In this document: one piece after another, positions 11,302 through 24,760 of the stretch
How the letters are laid out: each line of letters starts with the position of its first letter
How positions within the stretch are numbered: position 1 is the stretch's first letter
Origin: Psammoneis japonica
Taxonomy: Eukaryota
Direction: 5' to 3'
Assembly (NCBI GenBank): GCA_008632985.1
Contig: QPGO01000280.1
Location: 1-64,000, forward strand
Length of the DNA stretch: 64,000 bases
Notes under the pieces: model-generated
The model's input: only the letters and a program-made list of their open reading frames with translations
Database searches by the model: none
What the model was told of the DNA's origin: nothing
Made by a program: the position numbers and the translations under genes

Positions 11302-14300
11302 ATGGTTGCGCCAGCACCAAAAGGTGTAGAACCGAATGTTGCCAAACCTGCTGGCACCACACATTTGTCCAAGCAATTCTTAAAGGACACACATGTCTCT
11401 TTGTCATCTGCTGGAAATTCAGATGATGAAGCAACCACTGATTTGGACTCGCACGCTGACACGTGTGCTGTTGGGTCCAATTTTGTAATGCACTCTGACA
11501 TCGACAGAACTGTTGTGGCACACCCTTGCTCCGAACAGTGCGCACCAATGAAAAACATTCCCATTTGCACGGCTGCTGCCATGTGGGTTGATCCAACTGA
11601 TGGACAACCACACCTGCTGCCAGTCCATGAGGCTGTGTTTTTTGGGGACAAGATGACTGACACTCTCCTGTGCCCCAACCAACTGCGAGTGAATGGACTG
11701 ACTGTCCACGACACCCCTCGCCAGTTTGACCCGACTGGCACACACTCTGTTTCTTTCTCTGACTCAAAGATCAGGATGCCATTGCGCATGCGAGGTGTTG
11801 CTTCAGTCTTTGACTCACACAAGCTGACAAAGGAGGATCTGGAGAACCTTCCCCGGCTGGAACTCACACCACCCCTGAGATGGGAGCCTTCTGCTGATGC
11901 CCTGGCACAAAAGGAGGAAGCGTGTGTGTGTGCCAGTGTGCGCCAAGGATCAGCAAAGTCTGACGGACAGTCAAAGATGATGAATGCGACCAGGTGTGTC
12001 GCTTCCATTCATTCACATCAAACATCACATCACAATGAGAATGTCATCATGGATGCCAACGACGATGATTCTCTGCATCACCGCCTGGTTGCTCAGGCAA
12101 ATGTCTCCCACAATGACATTGAGGGAGACGGGCTGCATGACCGGTGTGACCTGGACATCCACCCGGATTGTGCCGAGCAGAAACGGGTGCATGCACTGTC
12201 GACCTCGAGTCGTGCATCGACTGTCACACCCGAGATGCTTTCTAAAAGGTGGAACATTGGCCTGACGGCCGCTGAGAACACCCTTGGAGTGACGACCCAG
12301 GCAGGGGTCCGCAATGTCCACACACCATCCGAACGGAAAGTCCGGAAGAAAGCCCCTTGGCTTAAGTTCCCTGCTGTCAAGGGCTGCTTCTACTCTGACC
12401 AGATGTTTTCGAAGGTTGGGTCAATGCATGGCGGGACAGGAGGAAGCGTGTTTGCCAACGAAAGAGGGTGTGACAGGTTCCATCCTTGGAAGAGGAAACA
12501 GGACCACCCAAACACCGTCATGTCATTCATGCATGACGTTGGCGCACCACAAGTCCTTGTGTCGGATGGCATGCCGGAAATGGCGGAAGGCCAGACCAAA
12601 GAGATTTGCAAGGCATGCAGGACACACCAGGAGGTGTCCACCCCGCACAGCCCCTGGCAGAACCCAGCCAAGGCATCCATTCGTGAGTTGAAGAAGAGAG
12701 TCCGCGTGACTCTGCGCCGGACTGGCGCTCACAGGCGACTTTTTCCCACAGTGCCAAATGGACATGTGACATCCAATGCATGATTGCGAACAGCATGTTG
12801 GACATGGGAGGACGAGTCCCAGAAGAGGAGGTGACAGGTTCAACACCTGACATTTCGTCCCTCTCTCTCTTTGATTGGTGTTAACCTGTCTGTTGCTGCA
12901 TGCCTGTGGCGGAGTTCCCACTCGAGAAGAAGTGCATTGGCCATTGGCTCGGAGTGGCTGACAATTGCGCTGATGACACAGCATTCATTGTTTTGCCCGA
13001 ATCAGGCAAACCCATCATTCAGAAGGATGCACGGGCCATGCCGGAGGATGACCTTAAAACTCCGGCAATCCAGACGGATCTTGCATCGGTCGATCAAGCT
13101 TTGATCGAACGGCTTAACATCCCGGAACAGGATGCCAGTGCTGACTTCCCTGAACTCCCTGACAACTTCATGGACAAATGGGACAATGCCGTTGAACCCA
13201 TGGAACCCGATGCTTCCAAACCCGAAGCTGATGAGTGCAGCCCGGAGGGGCTGGATGAGCATCTCACAGCTCAAGTCATGTCACCATGCAGAGGCAAGCT
13301 GACTCATGCCAGGGTCATTGCACGCAAACGAGACAGCGACGGGGTTCCCATTGGCACTGGGAATGACAACCCTGTCCCAGACTCGAGGACACACGATGTG
13401 GAATTTCCTGATGGATCCACTGGTTCCTGTGCTGCCAACGCAATTGCAGAGAACCCATTCACTCAGATCAACTCTGAAGGGAATGCCCACCAGATTATGA
13501 AGGAGACAGTCGATCACCAACGTGATGCCCGTGCCGCAATGGCTGATGACAGGCACATGACGACTGAGACTGGCAGGCGTGCTCCTGGGAGGACGACCGC
13601 AGGCTGGGACCTGCAAGTCGAATGGAAGGATGGGACTGCATCCTGGGCTCCTCTCAAGGATTTGAAGGAATCCAATCCAGTCAAGGTTGCTGAGTGCGCT
13701 GTGGCAAACAAAGTGGCCAGTGAACCAGCTTTTAACTGGTGGGTCCGAGACATCTTGCGTCGCAGGTCAAGGATCCTGAAGAAAGTCAAGTTGCGTTGCT
13801 GGAAACGTGCACACAAGTTCGGAATTGAACTCCCGAAATCTGTCAAGGAAGCCATGGAGATGGACAACAGAATGGGGACTGACTTCTGGTTCAAGGCTGT
13901 TGAGAAGGAAATGCGTGACATCATGCCTGCATTCGAGTTCCGCGATGACGACACTGTGCCGGTCGGGTGCAAGCATGTTGATTGTCACATGATCTTTGAC
14001 ATCAAGAGCACCCTCCAATGCAAGGCAAGGTTCGTGGCCGGAGGTCATCAAACTGATCCACCCAAGGAATCAACCCATTCCAGTGTGGCATCGCGTGACA
14101 GCATTGGGATGGCATTCACTGTGGCAGCTCTGAATGACCTGGAGGTCCTGAGTGCTGAGGTTCAGAGTGCCTGCTTGAAGGCACACACCAAGGAAAAGTG
14201 TCACACTGCTGCTGGCCTAGAATTTGGGAAGCACAACAAGGGAAGGCCAGTGATCATTGTCCGTGCCTTGCATGTTCTCAAGTCTTCAGGTGCAAGATTT

Positions 14301-15960
14301 GGGGAACATGTGGCAGTCACTTTGTGCGATGCTGGGTTTGAGTCTTGCAAGGCTGACCCGGATGTCTGGATGCAAGCTGCGGTTAAGCCAGATGGCTTCA
14401 AGCACTGGGAATGTGCACTCATCTACGTGGGCGACTTGCTGTGTGTCTCCCATGAACCTCAGAAGGTCATGGATCATGTGAGCTCCAGGTGCACGCTCAA
14501 GGACGGCAGCGTCTGCGAGCTGGAAGAGCACTCAGGCGCCCAAATCAGAAAGCACCAGCTGTCTGACTCGGACGGCAAGACACGCTGGGCCATGTCCTCT
14601 GACCTTTGTGTCAAAAGGGCACTGGCTGATGTTGAATTAGAGCTTGAGAAAACTGACAGGCGTCTTCCGATGAAGGCGTCGACGCCCTTGAGCTCAGGAC
14701 ACAGGCCTGAACTGGACGGTTCACCTGAGTTGAATGCCAAAATGGCCAACTGCTGCCAAGGCCTTGTTGGTGTGCTGCGATGGGCAGTTGAACTAGGGCG
14801 AGTGGACATTTTTGTCGCTGTCTTGCTCATGTCCTCCTGCTTGGCAGCACCACGAGTTGGACACCTGGACGAGGTGCTCCATGTCTTCACATGCTTGAAA
14901 GCTCACTCCAAGTCTGTGCTGGTGTTCGACGACACTGAGCCTGTCTTTGACAAGAGTCATTTCACCAAGCGCAATTGGGAAGAATGTTGCAGCAGGCATC
15001 CCTGCTGCAGCCGCTGATGATGCCACTTTCCTGTGTCTGTGGGCTGTCCGCAGCCACGCTGATCCCACAGAAGCATGTTGCAGAAAACACGACTCCCAGT
15101 GCGAGACCTGCAACAGGCTGCAGGAGTGACCCATGCGACTGAGACTGGTGTGACTGGCCATCGTGCAAGTGACTCACCTTGTGTGAAGGGTCTGTGTAGG
15201 ATGCACGCAGTGCCGAGCATGAGCCTGTGAATTGGCTCCGCACAAGTGTCAATGAGTGTTGCAAAAGACTCAAGTCTTTCCAATGACTTGTTGTGTAACA
15301 AGAATTCTTGTTTCTTGGAAAAAGACACCATTGCGCATTTGCACTCCAATTAAAATAATCTCACAATTTTCACAACACATGAATTGTCAACCTCTTTGCG
15401 ACCAAGCACTTAGACCCAATTTTTGCATGGGGCAATGTCACCCTGGCACAGCTGAACCAATGCCGCCGAGTGTGCCAGAGGCACACGGGAACAGCGTGAC
15501 CACTGCTTGCTTTGTTGATGCCGATCACGCCGGATGCCGTGTGACACGCAGGTCCCATGCTGGGATCCTGACATTTGTCCAATGAGCACCCATCTTGCAT
15601 TGCTCTGAGCGGCAGAACACCGTAGAGTCCTCTACTTTTGGGTGGGAGTTTGTGGCTGTGAAGACTGCAGTGGAGCAAATTGAAGCCTTGCGTTGCAAGC
15701 TTCGGATGCTCAGAATCCCCATGGATGGGGCCGCTGACGTTTTCTGCAACAATGAGGCTGTCTTCAAGAACTCAACCAAACCAGAGTCCACTTTAAAGAA
15801 GAAGCACAATGCAATTGCCTGTCACAGGACTCGTGAGGCACAAGCCACTGGAACAGTGTGCATTGCTTGGGAAGACGGACACACCAATTTAGCGGACATG
15901 CTAACTGAGTTGTTGCCTGGACTGAAGCTCCGGGAAATCACAAGTCACATCCTGTGGTGA
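11302..15960 (+). pseudogene. pol: CoDi-1 pol (protease, integrase, RT, RNase H), disrupted by frameshifts, stops and an insertion
   Basis: Protease LDSHADTC; integrase VSDG and TPHSPWQNPA..IRELK; RT KARFVAGGH and IYVGDLL; RNase H FVDADHAG, CNNEAV, NLADMLT. Confidence 0.92.
14991..15433. mobile_element. 443-bp non-coding insertion in CoDi-1 pol, with a decayed 8-bp TSD and no TIRs
   Basis: Absent from CoDi-2, where gaagaacattgccct is contiguous at about 43406. Flanked by aatgttgc (14983-14990) and aatgtcac (15434-15441). Confidence 0.75.
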
Positions 15961-16111
15961 GTCCCAAAAGGGGACAAACCGAACGGGTTTGCCGCGCAGG
16001 TGTGGCTTTTCCCATCCCCAAAATGAAAACACCACCCTGGAGTGGGGCAGCATCAGGTTGCATTTGTCTGTTGATCTGGCCCGAGCGGAGCTGGTGTCAG
16101 TTCGAGGGGAC

Positions 16112-16295
16112 TGAACAAATGCTGACACACTGTCACGAACACAGGCAGTTTATGTGCTGTTGGTGATTGGTCCACTGTTGCTCATTTGGTGGTCCCAGCA
16201 GAGTGACTTCTCACAATTCTAGAACCTGTTGATGCTGTTCAACACTCTGTCCTGTCTTACACCCAATTCTTGGCTGTCATGGTGGTGTTTGTTCA
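16112..16295 (+). repeat. 3' LTR of CoDi-1, preceded by a short polypurine tract gagggga
   Basis: Homology to 9153-9336 with the same termini. Confidence 0.9.
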
Positions 16296-16788
16296 AAGGG
16301 TCGTGTGGACACTCTTCATTGACCTCTTGGGTCCAACAGGCACTCTCTTGCTGCTGAGAGCCTTTGGTTTCTTCAGATCATCTTGAAAATGACAACTCTG
16401 ATTCTGAAGTGCAATTCCTGGAAAGACATGAGACAAGAGACTCTTGAGGTGCTTTCCAACGGTTCCTTCTTGCTCTTTGGACTCAAGGCTTGTCGATTCG
16501 GTCTCTAAAAACTCTGCAACAGTCTCTCCTTGCATGCCAGATGCATTTCTCGGACCTGATTGACTCAAGACTTGAAATTCTACCCAACCATGACTTGGTG
16601 CAGACATTTCTGTGACACTGTGTGCTTGTAGAGTCCTTGGTCCTGAGGCACTTGGAATGGATTGCATTGGAACGAATCCTCTTGTCTTGCAGACGAAAAA
16701 CAGGGTTCCATCTTGAGGCACTGCTCGGATTGAGCTGCTTCTGCTCGGAAATCAATTCCAGCAGAACCAACACATTTCACACCTGCTC

Positions 16789-17070
16789 ATGGAAGAATTT
16801 ACAAAGGCATCACAAAGCATTCCAGAGCTGGTGACCAAACACCTTGGATGTCCCCCAGTCCCCAAAGGGCATGTTCCCTCCATGCAACGTGCTCTTCAAG
16901 GACAGCCTGAATCTTCCCTTTTTTGGAACATTCACACGGATGAAATCATTTGTGAACATCTCCATTTGACCCCTGCTGCTCATGAACCTTGCGTCAATGA
17001 TGGCACAGTGAATGGCAAAGAGTTGCCCATCAGAGTGCATGAAATGTTAAAAATGTGTGGATTTGCATGA
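16789..17070 (+). pseudogene. Isolated fragment of a Copia-type RT from another family
   Basis: QRALQGQPES..W..H....HEPC..GTVNG resembles the ALQGHPES..W / HEPCLY region of Copia RT. Confidence 0.55.
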
Positions 17071-17324
17071 TGACAATTTGTTAAAATGTTGCAAAAAATC
17101 ATTGTCATGTGATGACAGGCCAACCTCTGGTTGCAAGTTTGGCACACCAACGTTGCAATGACTCATTGAGAATTGTGCATGCTGTTTTTCACTGCGCGCA
17201 CATCACCATTTCTGCCTCCACCTTGTTGCCACATGCCAGTGTGTGATTGCATTGCCGCACAATCCTTGGTTTGTTGATTTTTGCAAACATTGTTTTAAAC
17301 AAGAAAATCATTTCATCCATTGAG

Positions 17325-18627
17325 TCAATCCCTTGTTACATCTGCAGTGCAATGACCGAGTGCCATGTCAACTGTGTGCACATTTTCTTGCTGCAACTCT
17401 CTTGAACTAAGCTGACGATCATCATTGGACTCGTCTCCATCGGACTCGTCTCCTCCGCTGTCCGTTTTGCCTTTTGCCCCTTCCTCCTGCTCATCGTTGT
17501 TGCTGTTGTCGTCCCTGCTGCTCTCCACCATCAGGCTGTTCATTGCCTTCACCTTCTCCATGTCACCAGTTGGTGCTTTCTTTTTCTTCTTTTTTGCTTC
17601 TCCAGACTTCTCGCACTCGCTTTTCTTGATCTCTGCACGCCACTTTTCAAACTCCTTGCCCTCCCTGGAGTCTCTGTCTTTCGTCACCTCTTTGCACAAA
17701 TCGTTGAACCGATTGATTCCTTCGTCTCCCAAGACACTGTTGTTTCTTTGGCTTGGTGTGCCAAGGGGCAGGCCTTGTTTCTTCGGGCTCCATTTCCTCA
17801 CCCAATTCTTCCACCGCCTCCTCCTTGTTCCTGCATGCCCACACCTGCCAACAATTCTCCACAGCCAACAGCGCCAAAGCTTTGTCACCGACCGCAAACA
17901 ACTGTGAGACCTGTGTGCTCCCAGTTTTGACGGTGCTGCTCCATGCCTGCTTTTGCTTGGTTTGAGGTAGCATGTGATCACAGAACCACTTGCATGTCTG
18001 CTTGTTCCTTCGTTTACCGCCGGTGACAGTGTCCAGGCTGAACGGATCCCATGTCGGCACAAACAGGGTGTCATTCTCTTCATTCTTGTCACAGCTTGAC
18101 TTTTTCCTGCCTTGCTTTTTCCTCCTGACTGCCGCCTTGAGTTTCTTTTCTTTTTCCTTTCCCTCTTCCTCAGTGACAACGCCTGTGCAGACAAAGCATC
18201 ACCGTCATCTTCTTGTGAGATGCGCGCAACTCTTGAATCACACACATTGGTCACTTGGCTCACGGGCCATTGCCTCCACCCCAACAGCCGAACACACCGT
18301 GTTTCTGCGATTGTCAATTTGCCTTTTTGCCGCCTTTTTTGCCCATTCCTCCCAAGTTCCTGACCAATTTGAAGTGTCCATGTTGCCACCAGCAATCTGT
18401 TTCTTGACAAACATTGAGACGCTCCCATTGCTTGCCAATTCTGATGGACTGAGAAACTTCACCTGTGGAAACAGATCATTTCCAGCCACCTTCTCTGCTT
18501 CTGATTTCAATGCACCATGCGCTGCCTGCGCACCTGTTCTCTTCAACACTGCCTGAAGTCTCGGGCTCATTGGCTCAACAGTCTCATTTTTCTTTCTCTT
18601 CTTTGCCGGTGGTGCTGGAGACGACAT
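17325..18627 (-). pseudogene. Transposon-associated accessory protein, divergent from the Plavaka-like transposase; frameshifted
   Basis: LFPQVKF..W..RRN; WFCDHMLP; DKALALLAVENCW; EGINRFNDLCKEVTKDR; charged C-terminus. Homologous in pattern to 30478-31689. Confidence 0.55.
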
Positions 18628-19073
18628 CTTGATCTTTTCATGGCAACAATGAGAGGAGTGGTGCTGTTTGACAGTGCAACTGTCATTTGGGTCGTGTTGA
18701 GACAGCCAGGGACTCTGTTTTTCTCTGTGACATTGCATGGGTTGTTGTCAGCAACATTGAAATTTGAAAACACATTTGTGTGTGACAACGAATGGCCCAA
18801 CTTGCTTTTTGACATGGCTGTCATTGTGTTTCAACGGAGACAATGTCCTGCATTTTGACAGCAAATAAAAAGTGCAATGTTCGTTGTGAATGCCAGATAA
18901 AAAATCAAAATGCAGACACGTCACACCCATGAGAATCATCCAAATCTGGAGCACAATGCAATGTTTGCCAACTTCCCGCCATTTTTTGCGTGTTGTTCTT
19001 CTTTTCCCTTCTCATCCACAAGACAAGGACGACGAGTGTGAGTCTTGATGAAGGCCCTGTCAACATTGTCTGA

Positions 19074-22000
19074 TTGGCAATGGACGGAAACCCTCTTCTC
19101 TGTCCCGGTTGTGGCCAAAGTTTTTTGCGAATGGCCTGCCATTGGAGATGCTCACCGATGTGTTGCTCAGTTGCCCAAGAGTTGCAAACCCAAGATCTGG
19201 TCCCAGATCAAAGTGACATTCCTGCCACAACAGAGGGGCCACCCAAAGAAAGCGGCAGTTCTTCCTCTTCATCCTCTGATGATGACGAATCCCATCCAAG
19301 GCGATCCACTCACAGCAGATTCCCAAGATCTTCAATGAGTGATCCAAGAAGCAGCCCCTTGTTCCCCTCCCAGGATGACACACCGCACGGAATGGACGAC
19401 ATGTCCTCCATTTCATCAAACCACAGCATGCATGGAGTTGAGCTTTTGGCAATGAACGATTTGGATGTTGGTGGTGGTCAATCCTTTGCTGCAGTGTTGG
19501 ACGTGACAATGGAGGAGGAAGAGGACATTCACGATGAGGATCAACGTTTGGGGATCAGGTGTGACGCTCCTGCAGAAGAGGCCTTGGCTTCTGCTCCCTC
19601 TTTGACAAATCTTGATGGAGCTTGCGCAGAGTTGTGCAAGAAGATCATGGACACACGTGGTGCTCCCCTGGAATTGCACAACTGCATTGTTGATTTCATT
19701 GAGAGGCACGCTGGCAACAGCAACATCAAGCTTGGCACAGTTCTGCCAAGGAGAAAAGAGTTGATGCGCACCTTAACTGATCATTTCCCTCTTCCACCCA
19801 GCAAGTCTATTCCTGTCACTCTAGAAACCAAAAATTTCAAAACCGGTTTGCCAAAACGAGTGTCAGTGCCAAGATGGGATTTCACAAAGGTTTGGGAACA
19901 GTTTTTGCTCGATCCTCACCTGTGGTGCAGCAGAGAGAATGTGGCCAATCCAGACAATCCTTTTGGGAAGCACAAAGCAAAGGGGCTGGATGACAAGTGC
20001 CTTTTTGTGGGTGAGTGGTGCAGGCGCAGTTGCGAAGAACGGACAACTGACCCAGAGAAACAATTTCTCGAGCGCAATGTCATTTACCTTGACAAGACTG
20101 GTGGGACACAAGGGATGGGATCACATTGCGGAGAACCAGTGATCATGACCTCTGCGCATGTTGCCTTCAACAAATGGTCGGACAAGAGTGTCTGGAAACC
20201 AGTTGGTTGTCTCCCGGATTTGGAAAAGATGTCGTCATCTGTGGCAAAGAATCTCTCAAACAATCACAAGGCGGAGAAGGGACGCTCGTTGAGAGACCAC
20301 CACACTTGCTTGCGTGTCATTTTGGAGCCACTTTTGGAAGTCATGAGAAAAGGAGGCATGAAAACATGCGTGCGACGAGGGGATGAGACACGACACCTCC
20401 ACGCAATCCCACTGATCATTCTGATCACATGAGATGCAAAAAGCGGCGACTGTCTTGTCGGACGATGCAGAGGTCACAACTGTCGTCAACGTTGCTGTCG
20501 TTTTTGCCTCACTGGCTTCAACAAACTGGACGACCCATGGATTGAATGCAAGTTTGTCCGAGGACTGGATCTCCACCAAGTGCAAACCAAGGCCAACGAC
20601 AATGACAGATCAGACCAAGAAAGGAAGCACTGGCTGGGCATCTTGCATTGCCTCAAGCAACACAACGCACCTGCCAACTGTCTTTTTGAGGCAGACTTTG
20701 GTGCACAACCATGCGGCATCACCCTTGCGACAGCAAGCGACATGATGCATCTCTTTGAAAACGGCACCTTGAAAAGGGCAATCAATTCATTTGTAGACAG
20801 CATGACACCTGTGGTTGCAAGTGAGGTGGACAGCACAGTGGAAAGGATTTTCAGCAATCACCGGTCAACTTGCAAAGCATCCTTTTTGCGAACAAACTTT
20901 AAAGGAGGAGCAACGTCGCTTGCCTTCCTCAACTCTCACCACTGGGCTGGAATGGCTTTTGTTTTCTACCTTCTCCTGTTGGCCAGCAAGGGACGAAACG
21001 CATGTGAGTCATGCTTCCTTGACAAGGACGCAGACGAACCCATTGTTCCAGAGAATCGCAAGACATCCAAAGCAAACTTTGAGAGTTGCCACCAACCCAG
21101 TGAGCACTTGGACTCTGATGATGAAAGGTCGGAGGAGTCCGAAGAGGGTGACTGGGACAAAAATGAGGATGAGAAAGAGGAGAGTGAGGCTGAGGATGGT
21201 GACGACAACCAAAAAAAGAAAAAATGCAAGGGAAAAAGACTTGACTGCAGCGTCCGGCAATTCATTCAATTGCTCAATGACCTTCTTGTCTTCCATGCAT
21301 GGCACAGGCCAGGCGATCCACCCATCACAAGCGCAACTCCCAGTTCATCCATTCAGAAAATAAACAAGAAAATCCGTCTCCTCATTGACCGGATGGTGCA
21401 ATTCATCCCGCGAACAGAAGGATGCGGGTGGAAGCTTCAAAAGCTTCATGAAACACTCCATCTTCCAGTGTTTCTTTGTTGTTGCCGACATGCAATGAAC
21501 TTTGATGCAGGGTTGGGGGAGTGTCTCTTGAAAGACTTTTTCAAGCTGCTGTCATCTGCCGCACAACAACGCAAACTCGACAGTTTTCTGAAGCAGGTCG
21601 TGTCGTGTGTGGAGGACCAAATGAGGCTCAACGCCGCAATTTCAGCCAACAGTTGGATTTTGCCAACTGGGAAAAAGGAATCATCAAGAGTCAGGATGGA
21701 CAATCACACGCTGGGAGGAAGTGCGTTCACTCTCACCTACAACCAAGGGATTGGCGCTGTGACGTTTGAGTGGAGCAGCTTGCACACTCGTTGCCAAGTT
21801 CATCCTGTGTCACCCAACTTCATGTCGGAAAAGTGGGAGGATTGTGTTGGTGAAGATGGTGAAAGTGCACACCTGACTTGTGAGACAGAGTTTTGCAATG
21901 CAAGTGGGAGGGATGCGTGCCGTGCGCACCCCAATTGCAAAAGCAAAGGACCATGGCATGACTTTGCCTGTGTGACCTTTGGCACACGAAAGGGCAATCA

Positions 22001-22309
22001 ACAGTTTCCCTCCTGTTTGCTGTGTTTCTTCAAACAGGAAGACACAGGATCGATTTTTGCAGTGGTCCATCCAACTGCTCATCAAGCTGACCAGAGAACT
22101 GTGAGGCAACGGTGTCAGCATGCAGACTTGGTCAGTCGCTGGCAGCTTGATCACAAACGAAACAACTGGCTTTCAACACCTGAGAAGACTCAGTGCTCAC
22201 CTGAGTTACGTGTTGTCCCTGTCGAAGCAATTGGGGACAATGTTTTGGTTTGTGAAGAATGTCCAGGAGCAGCAGAAGCGCAAGAAAAGGCCCCATTTGT
22301 TTGGGCCAC
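19074..22309 (+). pseudogene. Plavaka-like (CMC/CACTA-related) transposase, interrupted near its C-terminus by the Penelope-like element; tail resumes after 27364
   Basis: IYLDKT..EPVIMT..WKPVGCLPDL..HHTCLRVILEPL..*DAKSGD..CRFC; SDMMHLFENG; KLQKLHETLH; RAHPNC.S.GPWHDFACV. Confidence 0.72.
21734..22309 (+). repeat. 576-bp direct duplication, left copy (target sequence)
   Basis: Near-identical to 26789-27364. Confidence 0.92.
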
Positions 22310-22370
22310 TGTTTTCGGGGTTGTCCAATGCACTGACAGCCTTCAGCGTAACAGCAATCTATTGAGAGTT

Positions 22371-22430
22371 GCCTGACATACAAAGCTTGATGATGTGAGC
22401 TTTCGCTTTCACTTCATCAGTGTTGTCGGC
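22371..22430 (-). ncRNA. Type I hammerhead ribozyme in the PLE terminal repeat
   Basis: Minus strand reads GCCGACAACA-CUGAUGA-AGUGAAAGC-GAAA-GCUC-ACAUCAUC-AAGC-UU-UGUAUGUCAGGC. Core motifs are present and stems I, II and III can be paired by eye. Confidence 0.8.
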
Positions 22431-22834
22431 TGTTTTTCGAGCCAAAAAATTCGAAATCGGCATTTTTCTACGGCTGTCGTCGCAGCTGACGTTACAGGCG
22501 TTGAAAAAGCCGCATCAGAAAGATCCACCCGTGCGCGGTGCACATGGTGAGTCAATCGTGTGGATCATAGATCTCGAATGCGCGCGAAGCGTGCATGAGA
22601 ATGAGCGAGGCATCATCAACTCAAAAAAACTCCAACGGTGTTGGAGAAAGAGCGAGTTGATGTTGCTGCTGTCAGATGTAGAAGCATGCTCTACTGTGGC
22701 AAGTGCGCAAGTGAACAAACTCAAAACACAAAACAAAAAAACTCAAAACGGGCGCAAGCCATGGCGCCGCGGCGCGGCAGGTGGCCCGTTTGAGTTTTTT
22801 GCCAGAGGTGACTCGTCGCGACGGAGTCGCCGAG

Positions 22835-24760
22835 TCAGAGCTCCGGTGCATCAGAGAGTTTTTTAATGACATCTGAAGCACGCTGCCCGTTGGGTTCCTT
22901 CAGCGGTGTTCGCATGAGGGCGTCTCTTAGATTTTTGGGTCTTGAGTGCGCCACTGCCAACCGGTTGAACCCGCTGTGCCCTTCGCAGGTTTTTTCACAC
23001 GCTCTTCTTATTTCAGTGCGAGCTGTCCCGCGTGGGTGATGCTCTTGGTGAAAGAAAAGAGTGTTGGATGGGTCAGCGACATTGGAGCGTGGGGCCTTTT
23101 TCCGGTGGACAGTGGCGGCTGCATCCACAAAGAGGTTCTTGAGGTGCTCTCTGTTGTGGCCTCGCACTGTCAGCCGGTTGAAGAACTGGGCCACTGTTTT
23201 TTGGCAATCCTTGTTGTTTGGATTTTGTGCCCGATGCGTCCGAAGGTTTCCATGCACAACACTTCTCAGCACTCCAGGTGGATGTGCTGAGCTTGGGGGT
23301 GTGTAGAGGCACAGGTTCATGGCCTTCTGGTGCGTTCTTGTTTCAACACACCGGTTTGCTCCAATCTTGACATCGAGATCCAGAAATGCAGCTTGGTCAC
23401 TGAGCTCGGAGGTTTCCCATTCCAAGGTGCCGAAGTCACTCAGTTCATGTTTGAACTTCTCCCATGTTTCACCTTCACCGCCTGTCCATGCGCCGAGTGC
23501 GTCATCTGTGAATCGTCCACAATGGGGCAGGTTCAAGTTGAATCGGGTCAGTGTGCTTTGGCGTTCGTGGAGAGCCTTGTGCATGGTGGCGCACATGCAG
23601 GCTGTGCTGGTTCCCATGGCTGCACCATCGATTTGGAGCCAGCAGGCATCGTCAAACTGGACGACATTTCTTGTCATGACGATTTCCAGTGCAGTGAGGA
23701 AGAAGTCAACTGGGAAGTTTTTTGGTGTCTCATCGGGGCACTCAAGGAACCACCGGTGGAATGTTTCCAGAGCATGGTTGGTGTTGACATTGGCGTGCAT
23801 TCCCACTGCATCGACTGTGAATGGCTTGGCATCTGGTGGCAGCTTTCCAAGTGATCGTAAGTCGGCGAGGACTTGGTGAGAGTCTCAGATGTACGTTCGC
23901 AACAGGGGCAGAAGTTCTTTCATTTTGAAATCTGACCATTTTGAGAACACTTCATTTTCACTGTTGATGCAGCTCACTGTTGGTCGTGTCGTCCACGGTT
24001 TTTTGTGGACTTTCGGAGTGATGTGGAACTGTGGCATGCGGTGTTTCTTTTTGAAACTTCTTTCGAAGTAAGTTTTTTCCGCTTCAGAGAGGCCATCGGC
24101 TGCAAGGTCACATGCGTTGCGCAGGCGTCTTCTAGTTGCTCTCACAAATGTGTTCTTTTCTTGTTCCGTGTGGTGTTGGCAGTTCTTCTGGTTGAGCAGG
24201 TGGTTGCTGAGGGCCCGTTTCATGCACACTTCGCGCTCCATGATGGCTGGACCAAGATTCTTGTCCGTAAGACACACGACGAATCGTCTGTCGTTTTGCA
24301 ATGTTCGCAGCGTTCGACACTGCTGAGGCGTCAAATTGAAGCGGGGTCGTTGGCGGTTGGCTGTTCGACTGGCTCTGTCTGTCTTGTTTGCGAAGTCCAT
24401 CATTCGAAGTTCTGTTGTCCCGTCTTCAATCGGTGGAGGGTCGAAATCAGAGGGGACGTGTGGGTGTGGGTTGTGTCCGTCTTCGTCGTTTGCGAGTTCG
24501 GAGTTCTCGATAAAGTTCCGTAGACGTGTGGTTCGTTGGAAGCGTTGCACGCCTCGGCGGTTGTGTGGGAACGGGGTGCTTGATTCCACACAAAACTTGT
24601 GTCCAAGTCCCAACAGCAATCCAGCACCCGGGGGTGGTTGCAGCTTTGTACAGAGGTCATGGTGAGACATGTTGTCCAGGCGGTTGAAGCATGCCGCAGC
24701 TTTCATCTTGCCGACAGCCGTTGCTGCGTTTTCCCACAGGGGGGCGTCAGGATTTGGCAC
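22835..24760 (-). pseudogene. Penelope-type reverse transcriptase; one reading frame with an internal TGA at 23885-23887
   Basis: TDKNLG; PKVHK..RP; FTVDAVGMH; QIDGAAMG; CGRFTDD; HQKAMN..Y..SSAHP; RLTVRGH. The ORF ends without a GIY-YIG domain. Confidence 0.88.

Larger units (their letters stand above)
9153..16295 (+). mobile_element. Full-length but degenerate Ty1/Copia LTR retrotransposon of diatom CoDi type (CoDi-1)
   Basis: Two 184-bp LTRs (TGAACA...TGTTCA), a PBS-like site, a PPT, gag, and PR-INT-RT-RNaseH domain order. AAGG occurs on both flanks. Confidence 0.93.

Noticed and set aside
22495..22520. Second hammerhead in the PLE repeat (minus-strand CUGAUGC)
   Set aside because: The core deviates from CUGANGA and I could not place a GAAA/stem III.
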